Of a DNA stretch of 64,000 bases, positions 40,385 to 52,839 are shown in pieces. The stretch is taken from NCBI GenBank assembly GCA_030390025.1, contig CM059452.1:8494001-8558000 (forward strand), in the 5' to 3' direction. The notes beneath the pieces are model-generated. The model was not told the DNA's origin. It saw only the letters and a list, made by a program, of their open reading frames with translations, and did not search any database. How positions within the stretch are numbered: the stretch's first letter is position 1; each line of letters begins with the position of its first letter. The translations under genes and the position numbers were made by a program. The stretch comes from Squalus acanthias (taxonomy: Eukaryota).

Positions 40385-41205
40385 TGTGAAAAGCAGAGAA
40401 GTTATGTTCAACTTCTATACAACTTTGTTTAGACCAGACTTAGAGTACTGTGCACAGGTCTGATCTCCATATCACACTAAGAGCACTGTGCACAGGTCTG
40501 GTCTCCATATCACACTTAGAGTACTGTGTACAGGTCTGGTCTCCATATCACACTAAGAGCACTGTGTACAGGTCTGGTCTCCATATCACATTTAGAGCAC
40601 TTTGTACAGGCCTGGTCTCCATATAACACTTAGTGTACTGCCTATAGTTTTGGTTTCCATATCACACTTAGTGTACTGTGTACAGGCCTGGTCTCCATAT
40701 TATAAGAATGATACAGAGGCACTGGAGAAGTGCAAAAAAGATTTACAAGGACGATACCAGAAAGAAAAATTGTAACCGTCAGGAATGATTGAACGGGTTT
40801 GGGATCTTTTCTCTAGAAACGAGAAGTCTGAGGGTTGACCGAATAGAGGTCTTTAAAATTCTGAAGGGGTTTGTAAGGTTAGACGTAGAGACAATATTTC
40901 TGCTTGAGGAGGAGCCCGATACTAGGGGCCATAAATATAAGATTATCACTAATAAATCAATAGGGAATTCAGGAGAAACTTCTTTACCCAGAGAGTGGGT
41001 AGAATGTGGAACTCGCTACCACATGGAGTAGTTGAGGCGAATAGCATAGATGTGTTTCAGGGGAATCTAGATAAGTACAGGAGGGAGAAAGGAATAGAAG
41101 GTTATGTTGATGAGGGAGATGAAGTAGGGAGAGAGGAGGCTCATGTGGAGCATAAACACCGACCTGTTGGGCCGAGTGGCCTGTTTCTGTTTTGTAGATT
41201 CTATG
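40385..41205 (+). mobile_element. CR1 3' fragment containing a 38-39-bp minisatellite (40440-40700)
   Basis: About 7 copies of TAGAGTACTGTGTACAGGTCTGGTCTCCATATCACACT inside CR1 sequence. Confidence 0.8.
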
Positions 41206-41278
41206 TAAAAAAACACTTTACAATTCTTAATTGTTTGGATTGCAACAAATAATCCCAATAAAATGTATTTTCTTGCAG

Positions 41279-41590
41279 ATCGTGTGGTACATCATCCAAC
41301 TGTGATCCTCACCCTGAGTTCCAGTGAAGAAATCATCAGCAGCAGGTCTGCAACCGCCGTGTGTTCAATCATCGATTTCCGTCCAAACTCAATGACCGTG
41401 AATTGGCTGAAGAAAGGACAACTCATGGATTCGGGCTTCGTCACCTCTCCCGTCTTTGAAGTGAACGGGAACTTCTCGGCGACCAGTCGGCTGACATTCC
41501 CCGCCGGGGAATGGTTCGCCGGCTCGGTCTATACCTGCCAGGTCTCTCATCAAGGGGACATCCAAAGCCGAAACATCACCAGATCTCCGG
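41279..41590 (+). CDS. IGHM: IgM constant exon CH2
   Basis: 312-nt phase-1 exon HPTVILT...[12 protein letters not shown]...VNWLKKG...GEWF...YTCQVSH. Confidence 0.95.
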
Positions 41591-41894
41591 GTAAGAGACA
41601 CAATCCCGAGAAGTCCCAGACCATTCTGACCGCTGATCTCTGCCAGCAATTTTATTGGAATTCGTAAAAAGCACAGAAATATTTCTAATTTCCAATCACA
41701 CAGTTTGTGTTTCCTTCCGATGTCAGTGCTGACTCAGGGTTCCTCACGGTTCAGGATTCCAGCACTTCGCCAAAGGTTTCCCTCAGCTGTGATGTCAGTG
41801 AGTGAGGTGTCCTCAGTCTCAGGTTTACCCTGAGAAAGCTCTATTTCTAATTTACAATCATGCTGTTTGTGTTTTCTTCCGATATAAAATAAAA

Positions 41895-42295
41895 GAAAGA
41901 ACTGCCTTTACATAGCGCCTTTCCCGACCTCTGGACGTCCCAAAGCGCTTTACTGCCAAGGAAGTACTTCCTGAAATGTGGTCACTGTTGTAATGTAGAA
42001 ATCGCGGCGGCCAATTTGCAGACAGTAAGGTCCCACAAACAGCAATGTAATAATGATCAGATAATTTTATTATTTGGTGATGGATAGGTATTGACCAGGC
42101 CACCTGGGAGAACTGCCCCGCTCTTCCTCCAAATAGAGCCATGGGATCGTTTATGTCCAACTGAGAGAGCAGACGTCGGTTTAACGTCTGATCCAGAAGG
42201 CGACAATGCAGCGCTCCCTCAGTGCTGCACTGGGAGTGTCAGCTCACATTTTGTGTTCAAGTATCTGGAGTGCGACTTGAACCCACGATCTTCTG
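41895..42295 (-). mobile_element. Shark tRNA-derived SINE (HE1-like), near full length
   Basis: B-box-like GGTTCAAGTC near 42280 on the minus strand; L2-like tail ending in (TTTC)n. Confidence 0.75.
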
Positions 42296-42494
42296 AATCA
42301 GGATTCCTCATGGCTCAGGATTCCATAACCTCGCCAAAGAAGGTTTCCCTCTGCTCTGATGTCAGAGAGTACATGAGGTGTCCTTGGTCTCAGGTTAATC
42401 CTGAGTTGGCTGATCATATTCGGAGCGACAGTAGGTGTCTGGAACCCCTTACTGGTAACTGTCTCGGGACCCACTGCTAGAAAGGACATCTACC

Positions 42495-43040
42495 CTATTT
42501 AGAGAACTGCGTTCAATTCTGGGCACCGCACATCAGGATGGATATACTGGCTTTAGAGGGATGCAACGCAAATTCACCCGAATCATACCGGGGCTGAAAT
42601 GGTTAAATTATGAGGACAGGTTGCACAGAATAGGCTTGTATTCCTTTGAGTATAGAAGATTAAGAGGTGATCTAATTGAGGTGTTTAAGTTGATAAATGG
42701 AATTGATAGGGGAGATAGAGAGAAACTATTTCCTCTGGTGCGGGAGTCCAGAACAAGGGGCATAACCTTAAAATTAGAACCGAGCCGTTCAGGGGTGATG
42801 TCAGGAAGCACTTCTTCACACAAAGGACAGTGGAAATCTGGAACTCTCTCCCCCAAAAGCTGTTGAGGCTGGGGGTCAACGGAAAATTTCAAAACTGAGA
42901 TTGATAGATTTTTGTTAGGCAAAGGTATCAAGGGTTACAGAAACAAGGCGGGTAGATGGTGTTGAGGTGTAGATCAGCCATGATCTCATTGAATGGCGGA
43001 ACAGGCTGGATGGGCTGAATGGCCTGCTCCTGTTCCCATG
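42495..43040 (+). mobile_element. CR1 3' fragment
   Basis: QRKFTRIIPGL...RRLRGDLIEVFK. Confidence 0.85.
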
Positions 43041-43742
43041 TTGTTATTACTGCCCTGCGGTCATATTTCCTTCTGACTCTCTCACCAGACATGTTAAGTG
43101 CTCACTAATGACAGAGATGAAGAAACTACTTCACATCGGCATTACACATTATTCACCACCACAAAGACCCCTTGGAACTCCATTCTCCCGACCTTTCACT
43201 TCTCCTCTGACGGGGGCTGCAACTGGTTCCTGCACATTTTCATCGCCCCCAAAATCGCAACAAGACACCAGAAAATTAACTTTGTTTCCTGTTGCACCTA
43301 AAATCCTGGATATCATTTGACACTCGTTTTGAACCAGTGTAATTTTCGTGTAGAGCTCTTGACCCTGGGGGCGGAGCCATTATAATGAGCGGGAATGCGT
43401 TCGGGCACAAGGATCTAGAGACGGGCGTAAAGGAGCAAGGGATTTCAGGAAGAGCGCTACTCAGTGCGTAACACAATTGCGCCCGAATTTATTCATTTTT
43501 TACGCCGGGTATTTGCTTCACAGCCCATTACAGGAGGCTCTGGGAGCAAATACACAGGAAATGTTAAAGAGTCTCCCGGAATCGTTGTCAATTCGTTGTC
43601 CTTCCAATAACGATGGTGTTTAAGCAACAACGAGAGGTTGATATCTCAAAGGTGATTTATTCTCCCTGAGAGAGTGAAGGCTGAATACTGGTGTCCTGAT
43701 TCTGAAGATGAAGCTTTGCTTGACTTTCATTTCTGTTCACAG

Positions 43743-44051
43743 ATGGTTCCTCATGCAACGATCCAGAAATCACTCTTCCGCAACCGTCACTAGAACAGGT
43801 CTTACTGGAGGCGACGGTGACCTTAACCTGCGTCGTGTCTAATGCTCCTTATGGAGTCAACGTGTCCTGGACCCGAGAAAAGGAGACTTTGAAATCAGAG
43901 ATTGCCGTCCAACCCGGAGAGGCTCCCAACAGCGTGATCAGCAACTTAAACATCTCGACACAAGCCTGGCTGAGTGGGGATGAGTTCTACTGCGTGGTGA
44001 GCCATCAGGATATGCCGACTCCTATAAGAGATTCCATCCACAAGGAAAAAG
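43743..44051 (+). CDS. IGHM: IgM constant exon CH3
   Basis: 309-nt phase-1 exon [29 protein letters not shown]...VSW...[14 protein letters not shown]. Confidence 0.95.
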
Positions 44052-44569
44052 GTGAGCGGTGAGATTGTAGCAATAAGTGAGACTCTGTGACTATTTCCGG
44101 TGCTTGTGCACGGCCCAATTCGTTCTATTAAGTGTTTTAATGGACTGCTCTGATAATTCAATGGGTAATTCCACTAACTAAACCCTCTGGGACCCGAGAT
44201 GATGCATTTAAGGGGAAGCTGGATAAGTCAATGAGGGAAAAAGGAATAGAAGGATATGTTATTAGGGTTAGATGAAGTAAGGTGGGAGGAGTCTCGTGTG
44301 GAGCATAAACAGCGGCATTGACCAGTTGGGCCGAATGGTCTGTTTCTATGATGTAAATTCTATATAATTTTCCAGTCCAACTCTTCAAGCTCCCAGAGAG
44401 AAGGATTGTATCCCGCTCTGCTCCGGGCTGGAAAACCGGACAGGACACAGAGGGGAAAAGGGAATCCTTTAAAATTCAGCGCAAAGCACATTTCTCTCAC
44501 ATCTAACCGCCGGTTTCATTGTCTCTGGAATTCTCCAGTTTATTGACCTTTATTGTAATTGTTCTGCAG

Positions 44570-44961
44570 CTAAAGATCCGCGGGAACCGTCCGTGTCTGT
44601 CCTCCTGCCCCCGGCAGAAGAAGTCTCCGCTCAGAGGTTCGTCAGCCTCACCTGCTTAGTGAGAGGTTTCTCCCCCCGAGAGATCTTCGTCAAGTGGACC
44701 GTCAATGACAAGCCGGTGAATTCCGGCAACTACAAGAACACCGAGGTGATGGCGGAGAACGGCAGCAGTTCCTTCTTCATGTACAGCCTGTTATCCATTG
44801 CAGCGGAGGAGTGGGCCAGCGGCGCTTCTTACTCCTGTGTGGTGGGACATGAAGCGATCCCCTTGAAGATCATCAACAGAACGGTTAATAAATCCAGCGG
44901 TAAACCCAGTTTTGTCAACATTTCCCTTGTTCTGATGGACACCGTCAATTCTTGTCAATGA
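44570..44961 (+). CDS. IGHM: IgM constant exon CH4 plus secretory tailpiece
   Basis: [10 protein letters not shown]...[18 protein letters not shown]...YSCVVGHE...[24 protein letters not shown]; internal donor G|GTAAA at 44899/44900; tailpiece N-glycan site and penultimate Cys. Confidence 0.97.
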
Positions 44962-44989
44962 GAATCTCTCGATTGCATTTCAGTTCTTG

Positions 44990-45005
44990 AATAAAAACCA
45001 ATAAA
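44990..45005 (+). terminator. Secretory-form polyadenylation signals
   Basis: Two AATAAA about 30-45 nt after the tailpiece stop. Confidence 0.8.
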
Positions 45006-45394
45006 GGCCTTTTCTTCCAATCGTCAGTTACACACACAGCCGCTCAATTAATTTTGTTTCCCAGTTTTGCCAAGGGGAGGGCTGTTTATCTGAAGCAGGA
45101 TATTTGCCGGTCTCGGGCCCAAGGCTTGTACAGCCAGCGCTCCCAGCTCAGATACACCACGGGTTAGAGACAGACTGAAGCTCTTTCATGACAGGATTCC
45201 TCAAAGTCACTTCAGCAACTTTCCTCCCGCTGGGGGGAATCAAAAAGTTCCCATTTCAGACAAACAAACGCAGCACATTTAGATCTCGGTGTCCCTGTTT
45301 CTCGTGTTGTCCATCCCTTCAGAATTGGGGCCAGTTTTATTTTGCAGCATCGCAACCTCTGGGATCTGAAATAAGGCCACACACGAACACGAAC

Positions 45395-46837
45395 TGTAAC
45401 CCCCACTCCCCCACCAGAGAGAGGGGAAAGGGCAATTGTTAACCCACTGTACCCCACTCCCCCACCAGAGAGAGGGGAAAGGGCAATTGTTAACCCACTG
45501 TACCTCCCACTCCCCCACCAGAGAGAGGGGAAAGGGCAATTGTTAACCCACTGTACCCCAACACCCCCACCAGAGAGAGGGGAAAGGGCAATTGTTAACC
45601 CGCTGTACCTCCCACTCCCCCACCAGAGAGAGGGGAAAGGGTAATTGTTAACCCACTGTACCCCCACTCCCCCACCAGAGAGAGGGGAAAGGGCAATTGT
45701 TAACCCACTGTACCCCCACTCCCCCACCAGAGAGAGGAGAAAGGGCAATTGTTAACCCACTGTACCTCCCACTCCCCCACCAGAGAGAGGGGAAAGGGCA
45801 ATTGTTAACCCACTGTACCTCCCACTCCCCCACCAGAGAGAGGGGAAAGGGCAATTGTTAACCCACTGTACCTCCCACTCCCCCACCAGAGAGAGGGGAA
45901 AGGGCAATTGTTAACCCACTGTACCCCCCACTCCCCCACCAGAGAGAGGGGAAAGGGCAATTGTTAACCCACTGTACCTCCCACTCCCCCACCAGAGAGA
46001 GGGGAAAGGGCAATTGTTAACCCACTGTACCCCCCACTCCCCCACCAGAGAGAGGGGAAAGGGCAATTGTTAACCCACTGTACCCCCACTCCCCCACCAG
46101 AGAGAGGGGAAAGGGCAATTGTTAACCCACTGTACCCCCACTCCCCCACCAGAGAGAGGGGAAAGGGCAATTGTTAACCCACTGTACCCCCACTCCCCCA
46201 CCAGAGAGAGGGGAAAGGGCAATTGTTAACCCACTGTACCCCCACTCCCCCACCAGAGAGAGGGGAAAGGGCAATTGTTAACCCACTGTACCTCCCACTC
46301 CCCCACCAGAGAGAGGGGAAAGGGCAATTGTTAACCCACTGTACCCCCACTCCCCCACCAGAGAGAGGGGAAAGGGCAATTGTTAACCCACTGTACCCAC
46401 CACTCCCCCACCAGAGAGAGGGGAAAGGGCAATTGTTAACCCACTGTACCCCCACTCCCCCACCAGAGAGAGGGGAAAGGGCAATTGTTAACCCACTGTA
46501 CCCCCACTCCCCCACCAGAGAGAGGGGAAAGGGCAATTGTTAACCCACTGTACCCCCCACTCCCCCACCAGAGAGAGGGAAAGGGCAATTGTTAACCCAC
46601 TGTACCCCCCACTCCCCCACCAGAGAGAGGGGAAAGGACAATTGTTAACCCACTGTACCCCCACTCCCCCACCAGAGAGGGGAAAGGGCAATTGTTAACC
46701 CACTGTACCTCCCACTCCCCCACCAGAGAGAGGGAAAGGGCCATTGTTAACCCACTGTACCCCCACTCCCCCACCAGAGAGGGGAAAGGGTAATTGTGAA
46801 GCCACTGTACCCCCACTCCCCCACCAGAGAGAGGGGA
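45395..46837. repeat. ~52-bp G/C-run minisatellite, about 27 copies
   Basis: Unit CCCCACTCCCCCACCAGAGAGAGGGGAAAGGGCAATTGTTAACCCACTGTAC. Confidence 0.97.
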
Positions 46838-47169
46838 GGTGAACCAATCTCTATTATATGAACTCAGTTGCCATCAGTAAAAAGTCAGCTTTAACTCACA
46901 GTCTAAAAACGTTAAAGTTGCCGGATGAGAATCATATTGTAAAATAAATATTTATTCAACAACTTATCTTTAACTAGTGTTTGGGGTAAATCTGTCCCTG
47001 TTATTCATAAACTAACAGATTGAATTTTAATAGTCCAAATTTGAACTGGTGATTGAATCCTCTGCGGGTTTCTCACGGTTGTGTCCCTGAAGATTCTGAG
47101 GCCCATCGGCTGACGTCACATTGCGTCTCACACAGAACACATTTACACAGAGCGGGGAAGAATGCGTGT

Positions 47170-47900
47170 AAAGTGAGTGTGTCTGTGTTTATGTGTAAGT
47201 GCGTTTGCGATTTTGTGTAAGTGTGTGTGTTTTGTGTAAGTGCACACTTACACATAAACACACACAGACTTACACATAAACACACGCATTAACACATTGA
47301 CATAGAATATTACACATACCCAGAATATAATACACACCGTCATTGTCAGACCCAGTTATTGGTACTCTCTGAAACTTTGAACAGTACCGGAAATACACAC
47401 GCGCACACCCTTAAACAAAGCACACACAAACACATGCATTAACACACACACACTTACACACGCATAAACTCACACATGAACACAAACACACACACATACA
47501 AACACACACACTTACATGCAAACACACACATGTACACATAAACACACACACGCTTACACCTGAACATACACAAACACTTACACATAACCATAAACATACA
47601 CATAAACACACACATGGACGCACATACACAAAAACAAACACACAATTAAACATAAACACAATTACAAATAAACACACACACTTATACAAAGACTTACACA
47701 TAAACATACACAAACTGACAAAAATACACGCACACTTACACATAATCACACACTTACACATAAATACACATATATAGAATTACACAAACACACAATTACA
47801 CAAACACACAAACACGCAAACACACTTACACAGCAACACACACATTAACACACAAACACAGACTAAAACAAAACAAGAGATTGTCAGACACACATACGCA
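47170..47900. repeat. Degenerate (CA)/(TG)-rich simple repeat
   Basis: Runs of acac/taca/aaac. Confidence 0.9.
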
Positions 47901-48549
47901 AACACGAATGCGCGAAAAAACCTCAGGCTATAGACGAATGTAGAATTAAAATGCACTTTTTGAACGAACACAGTTTCCAACGATTGTTCTGAATGAATAA
48001 TTCTTGATACCATAACATCTCACATTTCTCTATTCTGGTCCTACACATACACTGAATCAATGTTCTTGTTGGAAACTGATACAAGTTAATTATGTTCAGA
48101 GCATTGCCATAACAAATAAATAAACAAGATTATAACTCACATCTGATCTCTTACCCAGCCCCCTTGACAGTCTCCAAATAAGTAGCTATCTAAACCTATC
48201 GTTAAAATAATCGATATCAATCAGTAAACCTCCCTCGATATTTCATCATATTATTCCCGAATGATAGATTGTACGAAATTGATGCAAAATCAATTAGCGT
48301 GTGACATTGAAGAAAAAACTGTCGTTTTTTCCAACACGGACTATAGGAGGATCATAAAGGAAGAGCGACTGTGGAGTTAGGAACAGAGATAGATTGCTGA
48401 GAGAGATTAACTTAACACAAGATATACATTGAAAATTCAATTAGAGAACAAACTAATACCTTAAGGAAAAGAAGAGAATATATAATAATAATATGATATC
48501 TTGGATTAATAAACGATCTGAATATATTTCCGCCTCTACATCCCCGTAG

Positions 48550-48826
48550 ATTCCTCAGACCACATCTTGATTGAAGACTATGAGGAAGAGAGCGGCAACA
48601 TCTGGACAACCGCTTCCACATTCATCATCCTGTTCTTCCTGAGCATGTCCTACAGCGCTGCCGTCACTCTAGTGAAGGTGAGAAGATTCAATCCACTCAC
48701 ACTTCGATCTGACTGAAGCGGTTTGACAAATCTCTAAAAGTTTCATTGATAAATACCCTGAGATAAATGCCCCAAACCACTAAATCTCTGCTTCATTCTT
48801 TTATCCCTCTTTTACAGATCAAGTGA
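48550..48826 (+). CDS. IGHM: IgM membrane exons TM1 (48550-48677) and TM2 (48818-48826)
   Basis: DSSDHILIEDYEEESGNIWTTASTFIILFFLSMSYSAAVTLVK|IK* (antigen-receptor TM motif, KIK tail); canonical splice sites; AATAAA at ~48890 and ~49283; absent from the ORF track. Confidence 0.95.
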
Positions 48827-50879
48827 ACGGTTGAATTTCGGACGCCGTGGATTTTCCTCATCTGTTTATTAACATCTCTGTGTCATGAAAATAAAATATG
48901 TCCTCTTGGTGATTCTCAGAGTCAAATGCCTTCAGTTAATAGATCCGAATCTGTAGCTGAGAAAATCATAACCGGGATTTCCGTCTCTCTGTTTGAAATG
49001 TGTGAGATAATCGTGGCTATAATATAAATGTATCTTAGAGTTTCACCGTTGTTTGAATATTTCATGTGTAAATAAGTCACTTTTCTCATTCGTAATTGAC
49101 AATTGTTCCCTTCCCTTTATGCTGAGCCCCTGTTTTCTCTCCCTGGTGTCTGTTACAGTTGTACAGATAACTGGCAGCTCAGACCGCCTGTGTTCTGGTC
49201 TCAATGTGACGCTCTGTTGTTATATTCACTTTGTGCTAATTTTGTAAAAACTTCACTGTAAATTGTTCTCTGTGAAATTGTTAATAAATCTGGAATGACA
49301 AATGGACTACTTGGACTTTGCTGAATTCCTTCCGCCAAGGCCCCTCCACACCGCTCCATTTTCCCTATCACACTTTGCTTTATTTCCCTGACAGGTATTT
49401 TTCACCCGTCCTGTCTGGGTTGTGTTTGAACCCAAGTCCCTTCGGATAAGTAGCTACTGCGCCACCCAGTGTTCCATCAGAGTAACGACACCTTTACCCC
49501 TGCCTTTTCATGTCAAGACCCAGAGGCGGAATGACTGCACAACGACCAGGCTCACCTCGCAGTCTCTTCCAATATTATGCTCTGTCACAGTCACATGCCA
49601 GGTTCTATTAACAAGCAGTGATGTATGCTCTGCTCCATCACAGCCTGATAGAGAACAACATATGGCAGAGTAAAACTCCCTTTAAACTGTCCCATCAAAC
49701 ACTTCCAGGGCAGGTACAGCACGGGTTAGATACAGAGTGAAGCTCCCCCTACACTGTCCCATCAAACACTCCCAGGGCAGGTACAGCACGTGTTAGATAC
49801 AGAGCAAAGCTCCCTCTACACTGTCCCATCAAACACTCCCACGGCAGCTGCACACTTGTTATATACGCACACAGACACCCAGGGCAGAGAGGAAAGAAGG
49901 AGAGATTGTATTTGAGGGAGAGGGGATGAGGGATCACGCGGTGTCCTCAGGTATATTTGGTCATCGCTGGACACAGGTTGTGTGACAGTCGGACAAAATC
50001 AAATTCTGATGGAATATCGTTCCAGTTTTGTTCAGGCCAGGTGAGCGAGTGTAGCCCTCCTCTCGGGGAGGGCACTATAGAATGTATTTTTTGTTTTGGA
50101 TTAGCCCCTTTAATGGAGTCCCGAGTCCAAATGGTCCACACAGACCAATAAAAGAGTCGGCCCAGCACTGGGGTAACCACTTCCAACCCTTCTCCAATCT
50201 GAGCCACACCCATTTACCTTGACCATCTGTCTCCTGTATCCCTGACGACCTTTCTCCCTGCTCTAATCCATTCCCTCTGGTACCAACTCCCTGAACTCAC
50301 TGAACATCACTACTGTGTACCGCCAGTGACCTTCAGATCTCTGATCCCTGTTTCCCTGCAGTTTTGCTCCACGTCCATAACCGGATCCTCGGACTCTTTC
50401 GATGCCTCCCCGCCCCGGGAACATCTCCAGAGGTTTCTGGCCAGACCCGAGTGTCTTCCGGCATTCTCCTTTTGATGCAGTGCTGCTTTCCCTCTGAGCT
50501 CCTGGAGTCCAGGCGCGAGGTCTCCTGTGGTTGAATATATGATCGGGTTGAGGAACGGAAGAATTAGGCGGCCCTTCTGAAGGGCTGAGAAGGAAGTTTG
50601 GAAATGGTTTGAGTTGCTGTTTAAACTATGTCTCTGCCCCAATCTCTCTCCCTCCCCGCAAAGCGACAAATACCTTCAGCCACCATCGCTGTGTCTCCCG
50701 GCTCTGTATCCCGTCCCCAGGCTCCGAGAATATCGGGCGGTGCAGGGCCCATTGAAGACTTTCCGAGCTGACCCCCCGGGGTCACAGCCCTGGGTCAGGG
50801 GTCACAGGCTGCACACACGGGGAATCTTTAGCGCTGAGCGGAGCCTGGAGACTTCCCGTGACCTCTGACCCTCAAGAAT

Positions 50880-51170
50880 GTGAAAAACAGCCAATCGCGG
50901 TGCTGTGACATGCGAAAAGCATTGTGGCGTCATCCAGTGCAGGGCAAAGCCGTGACGGCCATGTTTGTGTGACGTGCGGTGTGACGTGTGACTTCAATTC
51001 CCACAAAAGAAACGGTCTCCCTTTCTTAATAAAAAGGAGAAAATATGCGACAGAGATAAAGATACAGACTGCGATAATTGAAGCGGTTGGCGAGTTGCGC
51101 ATGTGCGAACAGTGCTCCCAGGGAGCAGCACGGCCCGTGGTCTACATTGGGCCTATTCTAGCCCGCTGTG
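50880..51170 (-). promoter_or_regulatory. CpG-rich promoter-like segment
   Basis: CCAATC, two GTGACGTG, NRF1-like TGCGCATGTGCG, locally high CpG. Confidence 0.45.
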
Positions 51171-52277
51171 CATTGTGGGAAACTCTGTCCTTCATGGCTG
51201 CTTAAATCACTGATAGGGTGTGAGCCAACTGAACCACTGAATAGCAATTTATTACAGCCTCCCTCGGGGAAACTGCCACACAGTCAGAGTTCTCCTTACA
51301 GGCCAATAGCACTTGGTCAGATTTATTGCAGGTTAACTGACGCACTGAGGCAGCCAGTGACCGGAACAGCAAGAATAGCGAAAGAGTTCAGAAATCTCTC
51401 TATTTTCTCCACAGATCTCCCGCAACATTCAACTAATTTTCTCTTTCATGTCCTCTCCCATTCGGTTGTGGGTTTCCAACACCTCTGTTTTCAAGCTTGG
51501 AAAGTTGCATCTAAATATAGTGAAACTAAAATAGAGTAATGGGTCGGAGGATTTCCCGAGCACCTCAATACATTAAGTACTTGGTTTTGAAGGAATACAC
51601 GAGATGAAATAACACACACAGGCAGAATATGGGAACCAGATCCTGTCCCATTAACGGAGCGACCAGCAGGAGATTCCTGGCGCTGTCAGCAACCTCTTTC
51701 TCGGAGCTGATCTTAACATTATTCACTGACCTGTCTGCAGTACTTGTCTATGGGAAGCTAGTTTAGAGCGGTTCTGAATTAATATGCCGTGCAGCAGTAA
51801 AGGTTTTACATCGTTAAACTAAAGACTGGAAGAAGAAAGTCCATACGATTAGTAAAGAGTGGAGACAAGGGATGAGAAGAGACAGGCAGGCCCGGAAATT
51901 ACATCAAAAGACAAAAGGTGAGTTGTGGAACCACAGACATGATCGCTGAAGTTCATTTTTAGTATAAATGCAAGTTGAAATCACAAACTAATATAATTCG
52001 GCCAGGGGACCTCACCTGTTCTTGTTGAGTGCTGCGTTTTTTTGTACTTTTAAGGAGGTCCGTGTGACTCTCACTGTGGAGACTGAATTATTGCTTTTGG
52101 TTATCGGTGTGAGAGCGCCCTCTCAGTGTGCGTTTTGGTACAGTAGGGACGTTGAATAGTTACAATTAATGCTCATTGAGGTTCCTTCCAGATATTGGGC
52201 TTCTGTTGGCCACTGCTTGAAGGAGTCTCCAGAACTCAGTTCTGCCGAAAACATTCCTGGTTTCCCATGGAAACAGA

Positions 52278-52835
52278 ATGAAAGTGAGAGTGAGTGCCCT
52301 TGATATCAAGGCAGCATTTGACCGAGTGTGGCATCAAGGAGCCCTAGTAAAAGGGAAGTCAATGGGAATCAGGGTGAAAACTCTCCACTGGCTAGAGTCA
52401 TACCTAGCACAAAGGAAGATGGTTGTGGTGGTTGAAGGTCAATCATCAAAGCCCCAGGACATCGCTGCAGGAGTTCCTCAGGGCAGTGTCCAAGGCCCAA
52501 CCATCTCCAGCTGCTTCATCAATGACCTTCCCTCCAACATAAGGTCAGAAATGGGGATGTTCGCTGATGACTGCACAGTGTTCAGTGCCATTCGCAACTC
52601 CTCAGATAATGAAGCAGTCCATGCCCGCATGCAACAAGACCAGGCAATGACTATCTCCAACAAGCGACAGTCTAACCACCGCCCCTTGACATTCAATGGC
52701 ATTACCATCGCCGAATCCCCCACCATCAATATCCTGGGGGGGGGGGTGGTGGGGGGTCACCGTTGACCATAAACTGGACCAGCCACATAAATACTGTGGC
52801 AACAAGAGCAGGTCAGAGGCTGGGTATTCTGTGGC
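52278..52835 (+). mobile_element. LINE RT fragment of a different family from the adjacent CR1
   Basis: ALDIKAAFDRVWH...GVPQGSVxGP...FADDCTV. Confidence 0.85.
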
Positions 52836-52839
52836 GAGT

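Noticed and set aside
45188-46816. Many repetitive ORFs; possible CRISPR array or switch region
   Set aside because: Head-to-tail minisatellite with no unique spacers, in vertebrate DNA, and located 3' of CH4 rather than 5' of CH1.
47073-48013. Cys/Val-rich ORFs
   Set aside because: (TG)n-type simple repeat.
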